Source of the DNA: a virus
Lineage: Duplodnaviria; Caudoviricetes
DNA length: 62,693 nt
IMG/VR virus record: IMGVR_UViG_3300049259_000169
Location: 1 to 62,693 of that record
Reading direction: 5' to 3' (one strand)
Shown here: positions 56,313 through 62,693 of the stretch, piece by piece
Numbering within the stretch: the first letter of the stretch is position 1
Layout: every line of letters begins with the position of its first letter
Made by a program: the position numbers and the translations under genes
The notes under the pieces: generated by a model
Told to the model about the DNA's origin: nothing
Seen by the model: only the letters and a program-made list of their open reading frames with translations
Databases searched by the model: none

Positions 56313-56984
56313 TCAGATCGGCACTCCCCAGCCGGTGAATCCGGAGGAGATGACGCCGGGCGGTTGGATCACGAGCAGTTGGGCCGCCCAGTTCCCGGAC
56401 GCCGAGGCTGTGGCCGCGCGGGTGCCGGTGGCCGTGGCTGAGGTGAGCGTCTCGTGCGCGAGCGCGTTGACCGGCGCTGCCGTTGGGGCGCCGGTACAGA
56501 CGAAGGACCAGTCGGACGTCGCACCGCCGGGGTTCGTGACGGTTGCCGAGCCGGTGCCGTGCCCGAAGCACTCCAGGAGCAGTGTCGCGGCCGAGCTTGG
56601 GGTGACGCTCGCGGCCACGAGGCTCGTGCCGGCGGTGCCGGAGGCTGAGGAGTGGACGTCGACCGGCGTGGTCATGTTCGCGCCGGTGATGCGGGCGATG
56701 CCGGCGGCCTGCCTGCCGGCGGTCGTGGTGAACGTGTAGTTGGACGGCTCCGACCCGCCCGCGATCTTCCAGTACGTCGCCAGCGTTATCGAGGACGCGC
56801 CACCCGACGCGATCAGCGTCCACCCGGCCGGTGGGGTGATGGACGCTCCGGTGAGCCGCAGGGCGACGACTGCGACGAGCAGGTCGCCCGACGCCGTACC
56901 GGTGGGCTTCGTGACCGTGATCGTGGTCGCGGTGTTGCTGGCGTCGCTCGCCGTGGCGATTGCTGCGAGGGCCGGCGTCGACAT
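56313..56984 (-). CDS. beta-rich minor virion protein
   Basis: KPTGTASGDLLVA, TPPAGWT and YWKIAGGSEP; Ala/Thr/Ser-rich. Confidence 0.7.
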   Translation of the reverse strand: MSTPALAAIATASDASNTATTITVTKPTGTASGDLLVAVVALRLTGASITPPAGWTLIASGGASSITLATYWKIAGGSEPSNYTFTTTAGRQAAGIARITGANMTTPVDVHSSASGTAGTSLVAASVTPSSAATLLLECFGHGTGSATVTNPGGATSDWSFVCTGAPTAAPVNALAHETLTSATATGTRAATASASGNWAAQLLVIQPPGVISSGFTGWGVPI

Positions 56985-59410
56985 TAGACCGCCCGGATCT
57001 GCACGGTCAGGTCTGCCGCGACCACGTCCACCTGATCGACATCGACCGTGATGTACGACCCGGCAGGTACCAGCGCCGTGTCAGGGGTGCCGCCTGTGAG
57101 CACCGGAGCCACTGCGCCTGAGGTGTTCCCGGCGACCGCGATCGTGGGCCGCCGCGACGACGCCCCGAAGATCGACGTCCCGTCCTTGTTGATGTCCACA
57201 ATGACGGCGGTCGTAGTCGGCGCGGTGCCGACACTGGCGCGCACCGACAGGATGGTGAAGTCGCGCTCGGCGTAGATCCGGTGCGCACCGGCGGCAACCG
57301 TGAGGACCCCGCTCTTGGAGAAGGCCATCGGCGGGGGGGCCGAGGTGGTCACCTGCGTGACGACGACGTTCCCCGCAACGAGGTCGAACCGGATCAGGAA
57401 CCGGCCCGGCCCACCGAGGTTGGCGAAGGTGACAGGACCGGCGCCACCGTTGATCGTGTAGCCCGCCGGGGCGGGGAACGTGACCGTCCCCGTGGGCGCG
57501 CTGTTGCTGCCAGTGCCGACGACGACAAGTTGGGCGCTGTCGTAGCCGGTGAGCCGGTGGATGTCCGGGTTGAGCGTGTAGTTCGCGGTCAGGGTGTTCC
57601 CGGCGAAGACGTCGACCTGGTCGGTGCGGGTGATGTCGAACGTCTGGGCGCTGGACCCATAGGCGGCCCCCCTGGACGCCTTGATGCCGGAGTAGATCCG
57701 GCCGCCGTAGCTGAATCGGCCGCCGACGAGGGACTGGTAGTTGGTCGACTCGGTGCCGTCGGCCGCCCGGTTGTTGCCGACGACTCGCATCTTGGCGGGG
57801 TCGAGGGCGTAGTCGGAGCTGATCTCCCAGGTGACGTTGCTCCCCGGCCGCGGGACGAGCAGGACGTCCATGCGGTTGTTCTCGGGGTAGAACCCACTGA
57901 GCTTGGTGCCTCGGTGGGCGCCCCCCGGTGCGCCGCCGAGGATGATCCCGGCGCCGCAGTTCTGGGTGGTGGGGCGGCTCCCGACGGGGCCGTACAGGCC
58001 CGAGGCGGTGATCGCGCTGGCGCAGCGAATGGCGTCGATCTGGTCGAAGTGGTGCAGGTTCCCGTCGCTGCCGTGGGTGTAGATGGCGCCGCCGTACAGG
58101 TAGTCGGCGGCGACGGCGGTGTCGGTGTCGGTGCCGACCCAGGGGTAGACGGTGAGGCGGCTGTTCGGGATGTCGACGGCCTTGATGTAGAACTCGCGGG
58201 TCGCGCCGGAGAGCAGGGTCAGGACGATCATGACCGGCGAGGAGTCGAGGGCGCCGTAGAGCAGGCCGTCAGTGATGAACGTCGGCGGCGGGGTGGTGAC
58301 GTCGATGGTGCTGGTCTGGGTGACCGAGGTGGCCGACCCGGTCCGGGTGATGTTCGAGACCATCGTGGTGAGCCCGTAGGGGCTGGTGCCGTTGCGGGCA
58401 CCAGAGCCGACGTCGGAGCCCTTGACGTTGCCCCAGCTGACCTTGGAGCAGGTGTTGTTCATCGCGCCCACGGCGAAGGCCAGGTGGGTGCCGCGAAGCC
58501 GGCGGAACGAGATCCCGGACGTAGTTTCGAGGTAGACCGCTGTCTGCCATCCGCGCGAGGTGTAGGAGCCGGTGGTGCCGGTGCCGAGGCCCTCGACGCT
58601 GTCCCAGATGGTGTAGTGGGCGTTGGTCAGCCACAGCAGGTGGGTGCCGGTCGAGGCGGCCTGGGCCTGGAGGAAAAGGTAGCCGGAGAACTGGCGGGTC
58701 TGGATCTGGGTTGCGTGCGTGAGGTGGATCGGCTGGTCGACGAGGAACTGCCCACCGACGTCAGCGATCCCGACGTCGTAGGTGGACACGAACGTCGCGA
58801 ACGCCTGGAGCGCGGCCGTGTCGACGGTCGCGAGGTCTCCGACCGCGCCGAACATGAAGGCGTTGACCCGGGACGGGATGAGCTTGAACCCGCGTCCGTC
58901 GGCGGCCAGGAAGGACGAACGCGGATTGGCGGTCACGTAGGCGCCATTGACGGCCGCGTCGTAGGCGTAGTTGGCGGCGCCGATGCCACCGAGTGCGTAG
59001 CCGTCGGTGCGGACGAAGACGATCGAGGAGGGAACCTCGGGGGCTGCGCCCGAGAAGTCGTCGAACAGGCCGACACGGCCCACGAAGGCGTTCCCGAGTC
59101 GCAGATCCTGCTGGACGCGGAAGTCGGAGCCCGGGTCGGTGTCGATGACGGTCATCCGGCCGTCGTCGAGGTCTGTGACCGAGGCGAGCAGGATCTCGAT
59201 CTCGGCCAGGTCGGCGGCGTCGAGGGAGGCCCACGGGAGGTCGTTCCACGGGGTCTCTCCGTCGCCGACCTTCATGCGCCGGAGATCCTCGTCCCAGCCC
59301 GGCTCCGCGAGCAGCAGCACAGTGTTGGCGGACGTCCATGTCGCGGTGGTGCCGCGCTTCCACTGGACCCGCCAGCGCAGCAGCGCCTGGCGCCAGTCCA
59401 TGTTGTTCAC
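56984..59410 (-). CDS. tailspike/fibre with Mtd-N-like anchor and probable beta-helix
   Basis: QWKRGT...W...N..L...EPG......KVGDG...WNDLPW; FMFGAVGD...DTAALQA beta-helix cap. Confidence 0.75.
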   Translation of the reverse strand: MNNMDWRQALLRWRVQWKRGTTATWTSANTVLLLAEPGWDEDLRRMKVGDGETPWNDLPWASLDAADLAEIEILLASVTDLDDGRMTVIDTDPGSDFRVQQDLRLGNAFVGRVGLFDDFSGAAPEVPSSIVFVRTDGYALGGIGAANYAYDAAVNGAYVTANPRSSFLAADGRGFKLIPSRVNAFMFGAVGDLATVDTAALQAFATFVSTYDVGIADVGGQFLVDQPIHLTHATQIQTRQFSGYLFLQAQAASTGTHLLWLTNAHYTIWDSVEGLGTGTTGSYTSRGWQTAVYLETTSGISFRRLRGTHLAFAVGAMNNTCSKVSWGNVKGSDVGSGARNGTSPYGLTTMVSNITRTGSATSVTQTSTIDVTTPPPTFITDGLLYGALDSSPVMIVLTLLSGATREFYIKAVDIPNSRLTVYPWVGTDTDTAVAADYLYGGAIYTHGSDGNLHHFDQIDAIRCASAITASGLYGPVGSRPTTQNCGAGIILGGAPGGAHRGTKLSGFYPENNRMDVLLVPRPGSNVTWEISSDYALDPAKMRVVGNNRAADGTESTNYQSLVGGRFSYGGRIYSGIKASRGAAYGSSAQTFDITRTDQVDVFAGNTLTANYTLNPDIHRLTGYDSAQLVVVGTGSNSAPTGTVTFPAPAGYTINGGAGPVTFANLGGPGRFLIRFDLVAGNVVVTQVTTSAPPPMAFSKSGVLTVAAGAHRIYAERDFTILSVRASVGTAPTTTAVIVDINKDGTSIFGASSRRPTIAVAGNTSGAVAPVLTGGTPDTALVPAGSYITVDVDQVDVVAADLTVQIRAV

Positions 59411-60192
59411 AGGGTGCTCCCCTGGATGGTCGGGTCGGGGAGGTCGAGGGAGAGCAACCGGGTCTGGCCCTTGCGGCCGGCGGGGTTGACGATGGAGATC
59501 CAGGCGTCGACCTGGCGGATGCCGGTGAATCCGTCGGGCCAGATGCCGGCGTTGAACTCCATCGCGACCCCGGTGCGGGTGATCGAGGTGACGTTCGAGG
59601 GCAGCGCGCAGCCGTCGTCGTCGATGCAGGCCAGCGCGAACTGGTAGGCGAGCTTGGCGCAGGCGGCGAGGGCCAGCCCGTCGGGCTCGATCGCGTTGAG
59701 GTACGTCACCGACCAGGTGCCGGCCGCGGTGTCGGGCAGCTGGAGATCCTGGGCGCCATTCAGCGGGCAGTCACCGGTGCCCTGGTAGACGAGACGGTCG
59801 CCGTTGTCGACCCGGAAGTCCGACAGGGTCTGCTCGACGCCGTCGACCCGGATGGAGTCGAGCCGTCCGACCGGCCCAGGAAGCCGCACGGAGCAGCCTG
59901 CGGGCTCCGCAGCCGCCCAGAGCGGGTCCGTGCACGCCGGGCGGTACAGAGGCCCGTACGGGCCGTAGAGGCCGTACGGGTTGCAGGGGGGGCAGTCGGT
60001 GGGGGTCGTGACCGGCCGGAGGATGATCGGACAGCCGCCCACCCGGTAGCCGGACAGCATGTTCAGGGAGGCGGAGGCCAGCGCGACCGCATACTCCCGG
60101 ACCTCGTCGGAGAAGCGCTCGTCGTCGTTCCAGTCGTCGGGGACGCACGCTTCCACGGACTCGATGTCCCACGGACATCCGTTGAAGACCAT
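59407..60192 (-). CDS. head-to-tail adaptor
   Basis: LSGYRVG.CP..LRP, CALPSNVTSITRTGV and TGI.QVDAWI..VNP. Confidence 0.8.
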   Translation of the reverse strand: MVFNGCPWDIESVEACVPDDWNDDERFSDEVREYAVALASASLNMLSGYRVGGCPIILRPVTTPTDCPPCNPYGLYGPYGPLYRPACTDPLWAAAEPAGCSVRLPGPVGRLDSIRVDGVEQTLSDFRVDNGDRLVYQGTGDCPLNGAQDLQLPDTAAGTWSVTYLNAIEPDGLALAACAKLAYQFALACIDDDGCALPSNVTSITRTGVAMEFNAGIWPDGFTGIRQVDAWISIVNPAGRKGQTRLLSLDLPDPTIQGSTL

Positions 60193-60212
60193 CGGGTCCC
60201 TCCTCTCCTGAG

Positions 60213-60256
60213 ACTGGCCTCGCCGCCCCGGACAGCTACGGAGCGGCGAGGCCAGT
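60213..60256 (-). terminator. hairpin after the major tail gene
   Basis: ACTGGCCTCGCCGC/GCGGCGAGGCCAGT. Confidence 0.7.
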
Positions 60257-60271
60257 GACTGAGTACCGCGG

Positions 60272-61156
60272 TTACGCCGGGCCAGCCACCCAGGCGGTGG
60301 AGGACCAGTGCGCCGTGGAGCCGTCGCCGAGCACCACGCGCTGACCTGTGGTCCATGCCGTGGCCGGAGACGCCGTGACCCCGGCGAGGGCCGCGAGGTT
60401 CGCCGGCACCCACGAGCCCGACGGGGTGAATGCGCCCGGCGTGCCCGCCGTCGCGCCCGTCGGAGCTGAACCGACCGCGACGGCCCCACACTCGTCGGCC
60501 GGAGGTGCGAGGCTGACGAGATCCTGAAGGAAGTGCTTGCGGGTGCCCAGCGCCTGCCGCAGCGGAGCCGCCTCGCCGTCCTCGTCGAGGGTGACGTCCC
60601 ACGGGCCGACTCCCCAGTCGTTCGGGGCCAGCGTGGTCATGCCGGTGACGGTGAAGTTGATCGCGTCGTTGGCCCAGGTGATCGCGTCGACCTGACCACC
60701 GCCGAGCCAGGGCGTCAGGAAGTACCCGTACTGGACCACGCCGCCCTGGCAGACCTGACCGTGCAGGCCCGACCACAGCTCCATCGCGAGGTTGGCATCG
60801 TCGGGATCGGCGTCGTCGCCGATGGTGAACCCGGTGACGGTGCCGTCCACGACACCCTCCCAGGTCTCCTGGCTGGTCAGCATCGCGACGAGCAGCGGGT
60901 TCACCCGGGTCATCGCGGCCGCCACGGTGAAGTACTGGAACTTCGGCCGCGGGACGTCGTTGACCTCGGTCGAGCCGCTCGCGTTGACGACGTTGATCGA
61001 GGTCCCCGGGTCGTTGGTCGGGGTCAGGGTCACCGTGAGCAGGCCCTCGGTGACCACCGCGTTCAGCGGACCCGGAACGACCGAGCCGCAGCGGTCGAGC
61101 GTGGTGAACCGACCCATCTTCCCGCGGACCAGCTTTGCGCACTCAGCACCGGACAT
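60272..61156 (-). CDS. major tail protein
   Basis: RFTTLDRCG, VNASG, AMELWS, YGYFLTPW and WGVGPWDV. Confidence 0.8.
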   Translation of the reverse strand: MSGAECAKLVRGKMGRFTTLDRCGSVVPGPLNAVVTEGLLTVTLTPTNDPGTSINVVNASGSTEVNDVPRPKFQYFTVAAAMTRVNPLLVAMLTSQETWEGVVDGTVTGFTIGDDADPDDANLAMELWSGLHGQVCQGGVVQYGYFLTPWLGGGQVDAITWANDAINFTVTGMTTLAPNDWGVGPWDVTLDEDGEAAPLRQALGTRKHFLQDLVSLAPPADECGAVAVGSAPTGATAGTPGAFTPSGSWVPANLAALAGVTASPATAWTTGQRVVLGDGSTAHWSSTAWVAGPA

Positions 61157-61159
61157 GGG

Positions 61160-61735
61160 CTACTCCTTGCTGTTCTGGTGCTCGGCGAGCCGAGCCTGCT
61201 TGTCGGCGACCTTGCCGGACTTGGAGAGCCCTGCCTTCTCCAGCGCCTCGTTCAGCGCCTTGCCGATCAGGGGCTCGGGGTCCGAGTCCGAGCCGTCGTC
61301 CTCGGGAGTCGAACCGTGCACCGCGGCGGTGAGGTTCGCGTTGAGCTCCTCGACCTCGTCGTCGGTGAGGCCGCCGGTCTCGACCTCGTGCAGGTGCACA
61401 GCGTTCGCGCGCTTCGTGCGCTCCGACTCGTCCTCGCCCTCGGCGACCCACGCGACCCGCTCCTCGAGCGTGCCGGCCGGGACTTCGAGGTCGGCGGGCG
61501 CGTTGTCGTCCGGGTCGATCGGGGTGTCCTCCCCAACCTTCTCCTCGACCGGTTCGGTGTCCTCGTGCTCGTAGGAGAGACCGGCCTCGTCGGCGACCTC
61601 CTCGGGCACCAGGAAGACGCCGTCGGAGGTGGTCTGCACGACCGAGGTCTCCAGGTCCAGGCTGCGCGCAGCAGCGAGCAGCTGGGACGCGACGCCAGCC
61701 GCGTTGTCGCCGTACTTGACCTTGACGTTGCTCAT
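61160..61735 (-). CDS. acidic virion-associated protein with SAP/HeH-like C-terminus
   Basis: LNEALEKAGLSKSGKVADKQARL. Confidence 0.65.
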   Translation of the reverse strand: MSNVKVKYGDNAAGVASQLLAAARSLDLETSVVQTTSDGVFLVPEEVADEAGLSYEHEDTEPVEEKVGEDTPIDPDDNAPADLEVPAGTLEERVAWVAEGEDESERTKRANAVHLHEVETGGLTDDEVEELNANLTAAVHGSTPEDDGSDSDPEPLIGKALNEALEKAGLSKSGKVADKQARLAEHQNSKE

Positions 61736-61744
61736 CGTTCTCTC

Positions 61745-62653
61745 CTAGCCGTTCGCGTAGGCGGTCACGAGGACCGCTGCCTTGTAGCAGTCGATGGAGA
61801 CCAGGTACAGGCTCTCGGTGAGCGCACCCTGGTCGTTGGGATCGAGGCCCGAGATGTAGTTCGGCTCCTGGTCGTCGGCCTGCTGGGAGAAGATGTTGAA
61901 GAACTCCCGCACGTCCATCTTCTGTCGGGTGATCGAGACCGCGCCGGTGGCGTAGATCCACTTCTCGCCCTCGTCGCCCTCGCCGCCGTCGGGGCCCGTG
62001 TTCGGCAGGTCGTACCCGCCACCGGCCGCGACCGGGGTTCGCAGGCCCGTGTACAGCACCGAGGACTCCATCTTGAGCGCCCCGCGCTGGTCCAGCAGCG
62101 TCGCGACCAGGCGCGGCATGTGCAGGAGGCCCTTGCCGGCGTAGTTCACGGCCATGTGGGACTCCAGCAGGCCGAGGCCGACCACCGGGTCCACCGCGGT
62201 GCCCGGTGTCGGCGTGATGTCCACCGCCGCGTCCCAGCCGCCCAGCGTGCTGGTGGCCGTCTGCTCGACGAACAGGCCCGCCATGATCGCGGCCTCGACG
62301 ATCCGGGACTCGGCGCGCGAGTAGGACCGCTCGACACCCTCGCGGAGCACTGCCGGGTCGGCGAGCTTGCAGATCACCGCGCCGTACGCGCCGAACCCAA
62401 GTCCGTCCTGCCAGACCGGGTTCACGGCCTCGTCGAACTTCGACCCGTCGGTCGGGCCGCACAGGGCGCCCAGCTCGAAACCGGTGTCGAGGCAGTTGAA
62501 GGACGGGAACAGCCCGATGCCGCCCGGGATGCGGCGACGTCCGTCGCTGGTCTCGACCGGGGTGACGATGTTCAGCAGGGTGCCCTCGATCGGGTCCGGC
62601 TGCGGTGCGGTCGGGTACTCCGCCCGCACCAGCTCGCTCTCGGCGACGCTCAT
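61745..62653 (-). CDS. major capsid protein, pentamer type
   Basis: GGAGG RBS; follows the hexamer gene across the junction; GLLHMP, RTPVAAGGGY and WIYATGAV motifs. Confidence 0.75.
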   Translation of the reverse strand: MSVAESELVRAEYPTAPQPDPIEGTLLNIVTPVETSDGRRRIPGGIGLFPSFNCLDTGFELGALCGPTDGSKFDEAVNPVWQDGLGFGAYGAVICKLADPAVLREGVERSYSRAESRIVEAAIMAGLFVEQTATSTLGGWDAAVDITPTPGTAVDPVVGLGLLESHMAVNYAGKGLLHMPRLVATLLDQRGALKMESSVLYTGLRTPVAAGGGYDLPNTGPDGGEGDEGEKWIYATGAVSITRQKMDVREFFNIFSQQADDQEPNYISGLDPNDQGALTESLYLVSIDCYKAAVLVTAYANG

Positions 62654-62693
62654 GCTGTCCACCTCCCTTCTGGTCGGACGTGGGCGGTCAGGT

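Noticed and set aside
56984-59410. Diversity-generating retroelement suggested by Mtd-N-like domains
   Set aside because: No reverse transcriptase and no adenine-specific TR/VR pair. The 12.9/35.7 kb duplicate differs largely at synonymous, non-A-specific sites.
1-62693. Lysogeny module, DNA polymerase, tRNA genes
   Set aside because: No integrase, ParAB, polymerase motifs or cloverleaf recognised by eye; divergent versions could be missed.

Overview
The window looks like a complete, circularly permuted genome of a high-GC tailed phage of Actinobacteria; SsbB-like, DprA-like and secreted proteins hint at a Nocardioides-type host, which is inference. The ends join between separate hexamer-type and pentamer-type major capsid genes, and a 13-bp inverted repeat spans the junction. 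The minus strand carries packaging and head genes (14.9 kb to 1) and neck/tail genes (62.7 to 45.2 kb). An endolysin-holin pair sits on the plus strand inside the head module. The plus-strand early/middle arm (15.6-45.1 kb) encodes a replication initiator, helicase, ERF recombinase, an intein-containing PD-(D/E)xK nuclease, two SSBs, DUF932-like, EEP, MazG-like and Topo VI-A-like proteins, and many small hypotheticals. I saw no integrase, DNA polymerase, tRNA or CRISPR array. The most striking signal is about 12 copies of a GTTAC-N4/5-GTAAC palindrome confined to and bracketing the early arm, with hints that it acts as a single-stranded hairpin, often coupled to a GAACGGAGA start-associated motif. 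Other candidates: a Zn-finger/PcfJ-like plus M28-peptidase gene pair, a NUDIX domain in the capsid maturation protease, an internally deleted mini-DprA, a Gly1 class-3 intein, an ORF partly built from the antisense of another gene, and a tail gene that seems to start at ATC or arise by amber readthrough. All family assignments come from motif recognition by eye, not database searches.
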